Source: Alphaproteobacteria bacterium
Lineage (GTDB): Bacteria; Pseudomonadota; Alphaproteobacteria; SHVV01
Direction of reading: 5' to 3'
NCBI GenBank assembly: GCA_965261735.1
Contig: OZ253470.1
Location: 2,848,001 to 2,912,000, forward strand
Length of the DNA stretch: 64,000 nucleotides
In this document: positions 45,318 through 55,627 of the stretch, one piece after another
Layout of the letters: each line of letters starts with the position of its first letter
Position numbering within the stretch: position 1 is the first letter of the stretch
The notes under the pieces: generated by a model
What the model was told of the DNA's origin: nothing
Databases searched by the model: none
What the model saw: only the letters and a program-made list of their open reading frames with translations
Translations under genes and position numbers: made by a program

Positions 45318-46223
45318 ATGATTCCTCACCTCGCCGTCCTGCTCGCGACCTTCACCTGGGCCACCACGTTCGTGCCCGGTAAGATCATCGTCGCGGCCGT
45401 GCCAGTCTCCGAGGCCGTCGCCGTGCGCACGGCCGTGGGCGCGCTCATCTTGTGGGCGGCGGCGATCGTGAGCCGCCGCACCCTGGGTCTCGGCGGCATG
45501 GGCTGGCGCGTGTTCCTCACCGGCATGATCGAGCCCGGCCTCATCGGCATCATCGTCTACACGGCGCTCAAGATGACGAGCGCCGTCCACACGACGACCC
45601 TGTTCGCGCTCCTGCCGCTACTGAATTCGGTCCTCGGCCGGCTCGCCCTGCGCGAGCCGATCTCGCCGACAGTCCTGGCCGGGGCCCTGGTCGCCTTGGC
45701 CGGAACGGTAGTCCTCATGAGCGGCTCCGCACAATCGGCGACGGCCACGCTCGAGGGCGACCTCGTCATGGCCGTGGCGATCGTACTGATCGGCCTGGCC
45801 CAGGTGGTGCTGCGGCGAATCGCCCAGGTTCACGGCAACCCGGTCGTGGTCGGCGCGCTGCTCCTCTCCGGGGCCTCCGTCGCCGCCCTGCTCTACACCG
45901 CCGTCGTCTCCGGCCCCGACCGCTTCACCTGGACCGCCGACATCGGCGTCGAGGTCTGGGTCGCGCTCGCCTACGTCGCCATCTTCGTGAGCGCCGCCAA
46001 CCATTTCCTCTACAACTACGCCCTGCGCCACATCCCGATGGGGCGCATCAGCCTCTATTTCGTGCTCGTCGCGCCGCTCGGGGTGCCGCCGGCGGCTCTG
46101 CTGCTGGGCGAGCCCGTCACGTCACGGGACATCATCGCCATCGCCTTGATCGTGAGCGGCGTCGCGGTGCCTTCGCTCGCCAGTCTGCGGCGCCGCGCGG
46201 CGCCGACCGATTCCGAACGGTAG
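45318..46223 (+). CDS. DMT/EamA transporter 2
   Basis: MIPHLAV start; IEPGL, YALRHIP, LLGEP. Confidence 0.9.
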   Translation: MIPHLAVLLATFTWATTFVPGKIIVAAVPVSEAVAVRTAVGALILWAAAIVSRRTLGLGGMGWRVFLTGMIEPGLIGIIVYTALKMTSAVHTTTLFALLPLLNSVLGRLALREPISPTVLAGALVALAGTVVLMSGSAQSATATLEGDLVMAVAIVLIGLAQVVLRRIAQVHGNPVVVGALLLSGASVAALLYTAVVSGPDRFTWTADIGVEVWVALAYVAIFVSAANHFLYNYALRHIPMGRISLYFVLVAPLGVPPAALLLGEPVTSRDIIAIALIVSGVAVPSLASLRRRAAPTDSER

Positions 46224-46231
46224 ACGCGCGC

Positions 46232-47155
46232 GTGCCCCACCTCGCTGTCCTTCTCGCCGTCCTGTTCATGGCCTCGGCCTCGACCGCCGGCAAGACGGCG
46301 GTCTCCGTCGTACCGGTGCCGGAGGTGATCGTCTTCCGTTTCGCGCTGGCGGCGCTGGCGTTGTGGACGGTCGTACTGATCCAGGGCGGGCCCTTGCGCC
46401 TGCGGCAGTTGGCACGGCGCTCGTTTCCGATCGGGCTGATCGAGCCCGGCCTCATCACCTCGATCATCTATTTCGGCCTGTTCTTGACGACGGCGGTGCA
46501 CGCGACCGTGTTCTATGCGCTGATGCCGCTGATCACGTCGCTCCTGGGCCGCGTCTTCCTCAAGGAGGCGATCGCCTGGCCGGTGATCGTCGGATCCGTC
46601 ATCGCGTTTGGCGGCACGCTGTTGCTCATTTCCGCCGCGACCTCACATGGACAGGCATCGTTGGCGGGCGACCTGATGGTCGCGGGCGGGATCGTCCTCG
46701 CCTGTATCGTCCAGCTGTCACTGCGCCGCACCGCGCAGGCGCACGGCCAACCTGCCGTCATCAGCGCCTTCCTCGTAACCGGTGGATTCGTGAGCGGGAT
46801 GGTGATCCTGGCGGTGGCGGCGGCCCTCGGGAGCCGTGCCGGCTCGTTCGCGTGGCCTAGCGTGGTCGGGGCCGACATCTGGGTCTCGCTCTTCTACCTC
46901 GCCTTCGTCAGTGCCTCGGGCTTCTTCCTCTACGCCTACGCCCTGCGCCATATTCCCATTGGCCGATTGAGCCTCTACTTCGTGATGGTGACGCCTCTCG
47001 GGGTTCCCATCGCCGCTACGGTGCTGGGCGAAAGCGTAAACGGCCGCGAACTCACGGCCATCTTCATGGTCATCGCCGGGGTGGCGCTGCCGCCGCTGGT
47101 GGGCGTCACGCGATCGCTGTCGGGCCGCATCCGCCGCGCGGCGGGCACCCCGTGA
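46232..47155 (+). CDS. DMT/EamA transporter 3
   Basis: GTG start (PHLAV); IEPGL, TTAVHAT, YALRHIP. Confidence 0.88.
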   Translation: MPHLAVLLAVLFMASASTAGKTAVSVVPVPEVIVFRFALAALALWTVVLIQGGPLRLRQLARRSFPIGLIEPGLITSIIYFGLFLTTAVHATVFYALMPLITSLLGRVFLKEAIAWPVIVGSVIAFGGTLLLISAATSHGQASLAGDLMVAGGIVLACIVQLSLRRTAQAHGQPAVISAFLVTGGFVSGMVILAVAAALGSRAGSFAWPSVVGADIWVSLFYLAFVSASGFFLYAYALRHIPIGRLSLYFVMVTPLGVPIAATVLGESVNGRELTAIFMVIAGVALPPLVGVTRSLSGRIRRAAGTP

Positions 47156-48060
47156 CCGTTACCCTCTCGCACCTGGCGATGGTGCTCGGCGCCTTTTTCT
47201 GGGCCGCCTCGATGGTATCGGCCAAGCTCCTCATCGATCTCGTGCCGGCCTCCGAGATCGCGGTCGTGCGCTTCCTCATCGGCGCCACGATCCTGTGGCT
47301 CGTCGTCATCGCATCGCGAGTGCCCATGAGAGTGCATCGGGTGGGCTCGCGCTTCCTCATTCTCGGCATGGCCCAACCCGGGCTGGTAACGATGCTGACC
47401 TACTGGGGTCTGCAATATACGAGCGCCATCCACGGCACCGTGATCTTCTCGCTGTTCCCGCTAATCGCCCTGTTGCTCGGCCGCGCCATCCTCAAGGAGC
47501 CGATCACCAGGCCTGTGGTCGCCGGGGCTGCCATCGCGCTCACGGGCACCGTGCTGCTGGTTGCCGATTCCGGCGGCGGTCCGGCATCGCTGCTGGGAGA
47601 CTCCCTCATCGCATTCAGCATCCTGCTTATGGGCTTCGGTCAGCTGCTGCTGCGCCGCGTGGCGCAGCGCCACGACGTGCCGGTCGTGATATCGGCCTAC
47701 CAGCTCGCCGGCGGCGCACTCGGCGGCTTTGCCGCCATGGCCTTCGAGAGTGGCCCGCGGTCGTTCGACTGGATCGCCATCGCGGCCGTCGATACCTGGG
47801 CCTTGCTCGTCTTCCTCGGCGTCTTCGTCAGCGCCGGCGGCTTTTTCCTCTACAACGCCGCACTGCGCCACATTCCCGTCGGCCACATCAGCCTCTATCT
47901 CGTGCTCATGACACCGATCGGCGTACCGCTGGCGGCGCTGGTACTGGGCGAGTCGATCGGCTGGGGCGACGGCTTCGCCATCGCGCTCGTCGTCATCGGC
48001 GTCGCGCTGCCCTCGCTCGCGGGCCTGTCGCGCAGCCGCCGCGCCCGGCTCGAGGCCTAG
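47152..48060 (+). CDS. DMT/EamA transporter 4
   Basis: Overlaps the previous stop; AQPGL, ALRHIPVG, VLGE. Confidence 0.9.
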   Translation: MTVTLSHLAMVLGAFFWAASMVSAKLLIDLVPASEIAVVRFLIGATILWLVVIASRVPMRVHRVGSRFLILGMAQPGLVTMLTYWGLQYTSAIHGTVIFSLFPLIALLLGRAILKEPITRPVVAGAAIALTGTVLLVADSGGGPASLLGDSLIAFSILLMGFGQLLLRRVAQRHDVPVVISAYQLAGGALGGFAAMAFESGPRSFDWIAIAAVDTWALLVFLGVFVSAGGFFLYNAALRHIPVGHISLYLVLMTPIGVPLAALVLGESIGWGDGFAIALVVIGVALPSLAGLSRSRRARLEA

Positions 48061-49202
48061 GCGTCGCCGAACATCCGGTCGATGTAGGCGCCGATGGCGT
48101 TGTGCACCGCCGCCTCGATGTGCGACATCGGGCCCGGGCGGTAGCGCCGCGAGGCCATCGCCGCCTGGAGTGAGCGCACCATGTCGAGGTCCTCCTCGAG
48201 GACGAGCTCGTGGAACTCGCGGTACTGGCGCGCCTTCTCCGCGAAGTCGGCGCGCTCGAAGTAGGACTTGGGGAACAGCGGGTAGGCGATCAGCCGCGTC
48301 CGGGTCGGCGACAGCGGCCACATGACGAAGGGCCGCGCGTAGTCGGCGCGGAAGATGATGTTGAAGTTGGGGGCAAGGTACGACACGCAATTGAAGCTCT
48401 CGCCCGCGCTCTCGAGCCAGGGCATCGTACCGAACAGCGTGCGCCCTCCGGGCACCGCCGGCGCGCGGTCGTAGAAGGAGCAGAAGGCGCCCTGGCCCTT
48501 GAGCCGCAGCGGCAGGGTGGTGATGTCGAAGCCGCGCCCCAGCGTCGTCTTGTGCAGCGTCGCGACGTGATAGAAGTCGAGCAGATTCTCGACCACCAGC
48601 TTCCAGTTGCAATCGAACTCCATGCTGTGCTTCTCGGCTAGCCGGCATTCCTCCTGGTGAAGGAAGGCGAGGTCGGCATCGAGCTCGGCCACGAACTCGG
48701 ACAACGGCCCAGCCTGGCCATCGAAGGTGACGAAAATCCAGCCCGCCCAGACGCCGATCTGGAGTGGCGCGAGCCGGCATGCGGCGGGATCGAAACCGTG
48801 CGCGCCTTCCATATGCGCGGCACCCACGAGCCGGCCCTGAAGGTCGTAGCGCCAGCCATGGTAAGGGCAGCTGAAACCGGTAGCGTTGCCGGCACCGGCC
48901 GCGACCTCGACGCCGCGATGGGCGCACACGTTGGCGAACGCGTGGAGGTTTGCATCACCGTCTCGGGTCACGACGATGGGCTCGCCGAGGACGTCGAACG
49001 TCATGTAGTCGCCCGGGTTCTCGACCTCCTCGACTCGGCCCACGCACAGCCAGTCCTTGAGGAAGATGCGCTCCTTCTCGAGCTGGTAGATGTCGGGGTC
49101 GCTGTAGATGTTGCCCGGCAGGTGGCGCGCCCGGCGCACGGGGGCGCGGGTGGGCCCGAAGGCCTGGGCCGTCAACGCGAGCGGCGCTTTGAGCGTTGCC
49201 AT
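48057..49202 (-). CDS. Rieske oxygenase alpha subunit (paralog of 22176-23348)
   Basis: CAHRG..CPYHGW; NWKLVVENLLDFYHVATLH. Confidence 0.93.
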   Translation of the reverse strand: MATLKAPLALTAQAFGPTRAPVRRARHLPGNIYSDPDIYQLEKERIFLKDWLCVGRVEEVENPGDYMTFDVLGEPIVVTRDGDANLHAFANVCAHRGVEVAAGAGNATGFSCPYHGWRYDLQGRLVGAAHMEGAHGFDPAACRLAPLQIGVWAGWIFVTFDGQAGPLSEFVAELDADLAFLHQEECRLAEKHSMEFDCNWKLVVENLLDFYHVATLHKTTLGRGFDITTLPLRLKGQGAFCSFYDRAPAVPGGRTLFGTMPWLESAGESFNCVSYLAPNFNIIFRADYARPFVMWPLSPTRTRLIAYPLFPKSYFERADFAEKARQYREFHELVLEEDLDMVRSLQAAMASRRYRPGPMSHIEAAVHNAIGAYIDRMFGDA

Positions 49203-49342
49203 GTCTATCGCTCCGGGTTACGCCCGCTAGTATATATCGGCCGCGTCGTGGTGTGGCGCGGGTCGACCGCGGTTGACCGGGCGCGCGTGCCCGGGCAACA
49301 ATTCGAGCGCATCTGCGACTTGCAAGGAAGAAGGGAGACGAG

Positions 49343-49633
49343 ATGTCGGTATTCGTCATTGCACACGTCACCGTGAGCGATCCGTCGTGGATCGAGGACT
49401 ACACTCCCGCGGTACAGGCCCAGGTCGAATCCCACGGCGGCCGCTATTTGGCGCGCGCCACCGAGATCGAGCATATCGAAGGCTCCGGGGCGGTGCCGAG
49501 CGCTGCGGTCATCATGGAGTTTCCCGACGCCGAGCGTGCCAAGGCTTGGTACGCCTCGCCCGAGTACCAACCCTATCTCAAAGCGCGACAGGCCGGCGCC
49601 ACGGCGGACTTCCTCCTGGTCGACGCCCTCTAG
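49343..49633 (+). CDS. DUF1330 family protein
   Basis: HGGRYLAR, IMEFPD, AWYASPEYQ. Confidence 0.92.
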   Translation: MSVFVIAHVTVSDPSWIEDYTPAVQAQVESHGGRYLARATEIEHIEGSGAVPSAAVIMEFPDAERAKAWYASPEYQPYLKARQAGATADFLLVDAL

Positions 49634-49665
49634 CGCGGGGCGGGCGCAAATATCAGGAGCGAACA

Positions 49666-50814
49666 ATGGCTTCCACCCCCATCGGCGCACGCACGAGACC
49701 TATCCACGACGACCCCGAGCAGTCCTACACGCTGCCCAGCACCTACTACACCGACCCGGCGATCTACGAGCAGGAGAAGGAGGAGATCTTCTTCAAGACC
49801 TGGCAGCTCGTGGGCTATGGCCCGGACCTGCGCGAGGCCGGGGATTACGTGGCCGCGACGATCCTCGATCAGCCGGTGTTCGTCGTGCGCGCCAAGGACG
49901 GGGATCTGCGCGCCTACTACAACGTGTGCATGCACCGCGGTCATATCCTGCTCGAGGGCACGGGCAACGTGCGGATGATCACCTGCCCGTTCCACGCCTG
50001 GACCTACGACCTCGACGGTAACCTCAAGGCGGCCGACAATTCGGAAAACGTCGCCGGCTTCGAGCATGCCGACTTCTGTCTCCCGGAAATCCAGGTCGAG
50101 GAATTCGCCAACATGGCGTTCGTCAACCTCGATCCGACGGCACCGTCGCTCGCCAGCCAGGCCGCGGGTCTCGAACAGGACATGCGCGACGCGATCCCGC
50201 GCTTCGACGAGCTCAAGTTCGGCCGCCGCGACCGCTTCGAAATCCGTAGCAACTGGAAGGCGATCCAGGATCAGAACAACGAGTGCTACCACTGCCCGCA
50301 CATCCACAAGGGTGTCGGCATCGGCAGTCGCGGCCAGGCCTTCTGGGAATCGACGGAAGGCGAGATTTGGGCGCGCCATCTCGTCCGCCCGGTCGAGGCC
50401 GACCCGCAAGATGCGCACGCCGACCTCCCCTTCGAGATGCGCTCCGGCGATATCGAGCAGATCTACCTGTGGTTCCTGTGGCCCAACATGTTCTTCGTCG
50501 CCCACCGCGGCCCGAGCAACCTCAAGATCATGCACTTCCGGGCCGAGGCGGCGGACTTCACCATCGAAACCATCGACGCCCTGTGCGTCAACGACCCGCC
50601 CGACGAGACCGACATCGCGGCCATGGACTACTTCACCAAGGTCGCCGTGCCGCAGGACAACGCGGCAATGGAGAAGGTGCAGCAGGGCCTGTATGCGCGC
50701 GGCTACACGCAGGGCCGCCTGATCGTCGATGCCGAGCGCTCGATCCGTAGCGAGCATGGCACGCATCAGTTCGACAAGCTGGTGTGGGACGCGCTGCACC
50801 GCGGGCAGGACTAG
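49666..50814 (+). CDS. Rieske oxygenase alpha subunit, CntA/YeaW-like
   Basis: CMHRGH..CPFHAW, ENVAGF, ECYHC..H, WLWP-like motif, C-terminal QGRL..SEHG. Confidence 0.9.
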   Translation: MASTPIGARTRPIHDDPEQSYTLPSTYYTDPAIYEQEKEEIFFKTWQLVGYGPDLREAGDYVAATILDQPVFVVRAKDGDLRAYYNVCMHRGHILLEGTGNVRMITCPFHAWTYDLDGNLKAADNSENVAGFEHADFCLPEIQVEEFANMAFVNLDPTAPSLASQAAGLEQDMRDAIPRFDELKFGRRDRFEIRSNWKAIQDQNNECYHCPHIHKGVGIGSRGQAFWESTEGEIWARHLVRPVEADPQDAHADLPFEMRSGDIEQIYLWFLWPNMFFVAHRGPSNLKIMHFRAEAADFTIETIDALCVNDPPDETDIAAMDYFTKVAVPQDNAAMEKVQQGLYARGYTQGRLIVDAERSIRSEHGTHQFDKLVWDALHRGQD

Positions 50815-50902
50815 CGCTCGTCGCCGCGGCGGCGTAAGGCTGGTATAGTGATGACGGCGGGCGGTGCGCGGCGCTGCCTTGCACGAATCCCGGAGGCAGG
50901 CG

Positions 50903-52069
50903 ATGTCAGTTAGCGCGACCGCACTAAAGCGCAGGGCGAAGTTCCATCCCGAGGCCGACCACTCCGCAACGCTGCCGGGGCGCTACTACCACGACCCCAA
51001 GATCTTCGCCCGCGAGCGGGACGAGATTTTCTTCAAGACCTGGCAGCTCGCCGGTTACCTCGCCGACCTGTGCGAGCCCGGTGACTACATCACGACCCAA
51101 CTGTTCGACCAGAACATCCTTACTGTACGCGGCAAGGACCGCCGCTTGCGCGCCTTCTACAACGTCTGCCAGCACCGCGGCCACGAGCTACTCGTCGGGC
51201 AGGGGAGGCAGAGCATCATCACCTGCCCCTATCACGCGTGGAGCTACGACCTGGAAGGCAAGCTCAAGGCGGCCGGCAACGCCGAGAACGTCGCCGGCTT
51301 CGAGATGGACGACTTCTGCCTCACCGAGGTCCAGGTCGAGGAGTTCGCCCATATGGCGTTCATCAACCTCGACGCGGACGCCCCCTCGCTCGCCAGCCAG
51401 GCCGGCGAAATGGTCGAGCAGTTCCACGCCGCCATCCCCGAGTTCGACCAGCTCAAGTTCGCGCGCCGCGACCCGTTCGAGATCAGGTGCAACTGGAAGT
51501 TCATTTTCGATGCCATGGAGTGTTACCACTGCCCGCACATCCACTCCTCGAAGATGGGGGCCAAGGACTCCTACCTGGAGCCGAGCTTCGAGATCACGAA
51601 CTACGGCATCTGGGCGCGCCACATCGTCCGCGGCAACCGCGACATCACGTCCGACAACAAGCGCAACTTAGCGTTCATCACCGGCGCCAACGACGCCCAG
51701 CAGGACGTGCACATCTGGTGGCTGTGGCCCAACCTGTTCTTCGTCAGCCACCTCGGGCCGGCCAACCTCAAGATCATGCACGGCGTGCCCGTAGAACCCG
51801 AATTCTCGTTCGAGCACGTCGATAATTTCTGTATCAACGACCCCCCGAGCGAGGTCGAGATCGCCGGCATGAACCGCTTCCGCGACATCACCCAGCCCGA
51901 GGACATCTACCCGATGGAGAGCCAGCAGCGCGGCGTCCACTCGGTCGGCTACAGCGAGGGCCGCCTCATGGTCGATCAGGACCGTTCATGGCGCAGCGAG
52001 CACGGCGTGCACCACTTCAACAAGCTGGTGTGGCAGGCGCTCAACGGTGATCGCTACGAAGGGGCGTAG
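50903..52069 (+). CDS. Rieske oxygenase alpha subunit, CntA/YeaW-like (tandem paralog)
   Basis: CQHRGH..CPYHAW, ECYHCPHIH, EGRLMV..SEHGVHHF. Confidence 0.9.
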   Translation: MSVSATALKRRAKFHPEADHSATLPGRYYHDPKIFARERDEIFFKTWQLAGYLADLCEPGDYITTQLFDQNILTVRGKDRRLRAFYNVCQHRGHELLVGQGRQSIITCPYHAWSYDLEGKLKAAGNAENVAGFEMDDFCLTEVQVEEFAHMAFINLDADAPSLASQAGEMVEQFHAAIPEFDQLKFARRDPFEIRCNWKFIFDAMECYHCPHIHSSKMGAKDSYLEPSFEITNYGIWARHIVRGNRDITSDNKRNLAFITGANDAQQDVHIWWLWPNLFFVSHLGPANLKIMHGVPVEPEFSFEHVDNFCINDPPSEVEIAGMNRFRDITQPEDIYPMESQQRGVHSVGYSEGRLMVDQDRSWRSEHGVHHFNKLVWQALNGDRYEGA

Positions 52070-52499
52070 CGCGCGGCGGGATTTTCTCGTCGGGCACAAG
52101 CAACATCAGAGTCCCGATAGCGGGCCCGAGCCGCAAATACGCGACCGCGAGCGCTAGGACGAGGAGCGCGAGCGCTGCGATCCCGTTCTGCAGCGGGGGA
52201 TTGACGGCGTGCGTGACGATCGCCCCGGTGGCGATGATTGCGAGGCCGAGCGCGGCGAAGGTCGCCAAGCCGTTGATGAGAAGCCCGACCACGCCCAATA
52301 TCTCGCCAACGCCGACCAACGTCATGAACCACAGCGGCAACCCGTAGCTCACGAACTGCTCGGCCATCGGTTCGGCACCCATCACCTTGGCGATGCCGGC
52401 CGCGCCGTAAGCAATGACGCAGACGATGATCAGGATCCACACCAGAATGTGGGATCGGCGCGGCTCACTGCCGGTCGAATCGTGAATGATTTGGGACAT
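52041..52499 (-). CDS. DoxX-family membrane protein
   Basis: AAGIAKV, F..YGLPLWF, GVGEILGVVGLL, GAIVTH; 4 TM segments. Confidence 0.85.
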   Translation of the reverse strand: MSQIIHDSTGSEPRRSHILVWILIIVCVIAYGAAGIAKVMGAEPMAEQFVSYGLPLWFMTLVGVGEILGVVGLLINGLATFAALGLAIIATGAIVTHAVNPPLQNGIAALALLVLALAVAYLRLGPAIGTLMLLVPDEKIPPRATPLRSDHR

Positions 52500-52692
52500 G
52501 GTCCAGACTCTCCGTCGCCCAGCGCCGGCGCGGCGCCGGCTGCGAGTGTGCCAAGGAAGCGCTAGGGGGCGCAAGCGCGGCGGGGCGTGCGGCTAGGCCG
52601 GCGCGGTCTCCCGCGAGAACACTATCTTCAGGTACACGGTGAGCAGGCCCGATCAACACGTTTGTTTCTTGGCACTGATTTGTGAAACGAAT

Positions 52693-53797
52693 CTTGCCTA
52701 TCCGGTTAACGCCCATGACCGCTACATGTAGGGTGCCGCCACTCTCCCGAGTAAAGCTCGGCATAGGTTGGAGCAGAGGTGTCGCCCGCGATGCCGAGCA
52801 ATGAGCGGAAGGCGTTGAACGGGTAGAACCGCCTGTTGAAGCGGAAGGTGAACTCGTTGAGGTAGGCTTGTAGGTGCTGGTGGCTAACGCCGTGGTGGAT
52901 ACCGATCAGCCACGTCTTCAGGTTGGCGAAAACCAGATGGATGATCGGCAGGTATTGCTCGGCAACCTCTGGATCACCACACTCGGCAACAGCGAAGTGC
53001 TCATAGCCGCGCTTACCGAGGCCAGCATAGCCGCTCCAATCGTCAGTAACGATCAGCGATCGCGGCGCGACGGTGCTCTCGACGAACCCACAGAGCGACT
53101 CGGCGCTACGGTCGAGCACGACGGCGAGCCGAACGCGTCCGGCATAGCGTCCGTCTTTCCGGTTGTCGAGCTTGGTGCCCGGCTTTCGATGACGCACCTC
53201 GATGGCACAGGAGACGGGAACCTTGTGGTGAACACCACGGCCTTCCCCACGCGTTCGCCCGCCAACCCAGGTTTCGTCCACCTCAACATGGTTCTTGGGC
53301 TGTCCACCGATCCTGTCTTGGTTGGGCCGCACCATGCCCGAGCGGAGCTTGTGGAGAATTTGAAAGGCCGTCTCGTAGCGCGAAAGACCAAGTTGCCGCT
53401 GAAACTGCACGGCGGACATGCCGGGCGTCTGACTGGCGACCAGATAAGCGGCCCAGAACCAGACGTTCAGCGGAGTGTGGCTACGCTCCATCACTGTTCC
53501 CACCGTCAGCCCGGTGTTCTGGCGGCACTTGCGGCAGCGCAGGACGCCAGGGCGGTTTTCAAAGTGGAACGGCTCTCCCGCCGTGCCGCAGTGCGGGCAG
53601 GCAAAGCCGTCTCCCCAGCGGGCTTTCTCCAGGTAGGCGGCGCAGGCCGCATCATCGGGGAAAAGTCGCTGGAACTCGGGTAGCGAATGCGGGAATGGGA
53701 GATCGGCGCGGTCGAGAACATCCATGGCGCGCTCCCCTATATCCGGGTTGCGCCCATTCTAGCCCTAGTGGGTGTGGGTGTAAACCGGACAGGCAAG
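52693..53797 (-). mobile_element. IS1595-family insertion sequence, copy 3 (1105 bp) with 8-bp target duplication
   Basis: IRs CTTGCCTATCCGGTT / AACCGGACAGGCAAG; AAACGAAT at 52685-52692 and 53798-53805. Confidence 0.97.
52706..53725 (-). CDS. IS1595-family transposase
   Basis: Near-identical to the other two copies. Confidence 0.95.
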   Translation of the reverse strand: MDVLDRADLPFPHSLPEFQRLFPDDAACAAYLEKARWGDGFACPHCGTAGEPFHFENRPGVLRCRKCRQNTGLTVGTVMERSHTPLNVWFWAAYLVASQTPGMSAVQFQRQLGLSRYETAFQILHKLRSGMVRPNQDRIGGQPKNHVEVDETWVGGRTRGEGRGVHHKVPVSCAIEVRHRKPGTKLDNRKDGRYAGRVRLAVVLDRSAESLCGFVESTVAPRSLIVTDDWSGYAGLGKRGYEHFAVAECGDPEVAEQYLPIIHLVFANLKTWLIGIHHGVSHQHLQAYLNEFTFRFNRRFYPFNAFRSLLGIAGDTSAPTYAELYSGEWRHPTCSGHGR

Positions 53798-53831
53798 AAA
53801 CGAATATGATGGTTTCACCTAGGAGCGGACG

Positions 53832-55125
53832 ATGGACGCGACGATACACCAGCTACACCCAGTCTTGCCATTCGGGCACTACCTTCGTCTTGGTCACACT
53901 GGGCACAGGAAGCTCGAGGATCTCCATGCGTCGGGCCGATTCGGGATCGACCGCGTGGTGGTTGACGCGGCTCATATCGACGATCAGAGGGAACTTCTGG
54001 ATTCTTTACGAAGTTCAGGAACGGAGATCATCCTCGACCCGAAAGTAGCTGAATTGTCAACGCCTTTTGGTTGTCTCAGCCGAGCAAGTGTATTGCCTTG
54101 GGCGCACGGGGAGGCGCCCTAGTGGCCGAGCAATTCGATCAAGCTAGGATTTGTGACATGGCAGAACGTATTGCCGAGTTCGCGATCGAGCGCCGTGTCG
54201 ATGTGGTTTTAGCGCCGACCCGTCTTCTCGACGAGGGTCCGAAGGACAAGTGGCTGGCGATCGATATTGAGACTTGCCAGGCACTGAGGACATCGCTTGA
54301 TGAGCTGGGTGCGAAGGCTGTTTCGGTCGACTATCCGCTTCTCACACCTATCAGACATTGCTTGACGTTGCAGCCCGGAGGGCTTTGATCTCGCAAATCA
54401 AAGACTTGCCGTTTGACCACCTCTGGCTAAGGATAGCCAATTTTGGATCTGACAAGTCAGCTGCAGGCGTGCGCAAATATATTGACGCCGTGCGAGACCT
54501 TCATGAAATCGGTCGGGCGATTATTGCCGATGGCGTTGGTGGCTTGCCGGCGCTCGGAATAGTCGCTTTCGGCGCCGCGGGTGGTATTTGCCATGGCGTC
54601 GCCGAGAAGGAGCGATTTTATCCTAGCTATTGGCGGCGGCCGCGAGATTCTGGCGGCGGCGGACCAGCGACGCGCATCTATTTCGATCTGCTAGATGCCT
54701 ACCTAAACGTGGGCAACGCGAGAACTCTCCTCGCTACCCGCAGCGCAAAACCCTTGCTGGGATGTCGCGACACGGGGTGCTGCCCTGATGGCTGGGAGGA
54801 TACGATCTTAAACCCAAGGAGACACTATTTGATACGGACGACACGCAGGGTACAAGCGTTGGGTCGAGTTCCGGATTCGCGCCGCGAAGACCATTTCTTG
54901 TCAAAGCAGCTGGCCCCGGTCGACCGCGCCGCCAGAACAGCCACGCGGCTCAAGGTCCCCAACAAACAGATACTTGAAAGACTCTCGCGAATCAGCCGCA
55001 AGACAGACGAGATGCGCCGCGTGCTCGAGGAGCTACACGTGACCGATCACAACCGCCCACGCTCTCGCATCCCGGAGAAAAGAGCTGATCAGTGGCGTCT
55101 GGAAGCGTCGACGGGTGCGAGCTGA
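53832..55125 (+). pseudogene. Uncharacterised ~430-aa protein (possible TIM barrel with C-terminal Cys/His cluster), two frameshifts
   Basis: ORFs 53832-54122, 54071-54388 and 54358-55125 join after single-base shifts near 54110 and 54345; RBS present; ends 4 nt before the antitoxin start. Confidence 0.7.
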
Positions 55126-55129
55126 GCGC

Positions 55130-55468
55130 ATGAGCAACGCGATTTCGAAGACGATCGAGGACCTGAAAGATCGCGGCGGTCTCAAGAATGTAGACGTCGC
55201 GAATATCATGAATGTCTCGAAGGCGACCATCACGAGATGGTCTGCCGGATCACACTCGCCGCAACCGAAGGCGCAGCTCGTTTTGTCTGATCTGCGCTAC
55301 GTAGTCGATAAGCTCGGCGAATTCTACGCGGCCGACGAGATAAGATTCTGGCTCAACTCGCGCAACGAGCTGCTGGACGGCCAACGCGCAATCGATCTGA
55401 TTCATAGTGGCCACACCGAGGTCGTCCTGGAGGCGATCGAACGCTTTGGCGACACCGCATACATCTAG
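55130..55468 (+). CDS. Xre/MbcA/ParS-type antitoxin (HTH plus DUF2384-like domain)
   Basis: DVANIMNVSKATITRW helix-turn-helix; WLNSRNELLDGQRAIDLI C-terminal motif; precedes a RES gene. Confidence 0.9.
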   Translation: MSNAISKTIEDLKDRGGLKNVDVANIMNVSKATITRWSAGSHSPQPKAQLVLSDLRYVVDKLGEFYAADEIRFWLNSRNELLDGQRAIDLIHSGHTEVVLEAIERFGDTAYI

Positions 55469-55627
55469 CAACTCAGATCGTGTCCGACGCTCGCGTTCAC
55501 GACCCGGACCTGCTCGATGCCCTGGAGGCGCTGGAGCCTCAACCGATGGGATGGACGCCCCTCCCGACGGCATCGCGATGTGCCAGGTTGGCGGTGTTGT
55601 TAACGCCAAGCGAGGAAGGGGGCGTCC

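Larger units (their letters stand above)
52669..53825 (+). promoter_or_regulatory. Sigma70-type promoter and palindromic operator split by IS1595 copy 3
   Basis: Removing the IS and one duplication gives TTGGCA-17 nt-TATGAT overlapped by GTGAAAC-N10-GTTTCAC, then RBS AGGAG (53821-53825). Confidence 0.7.
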
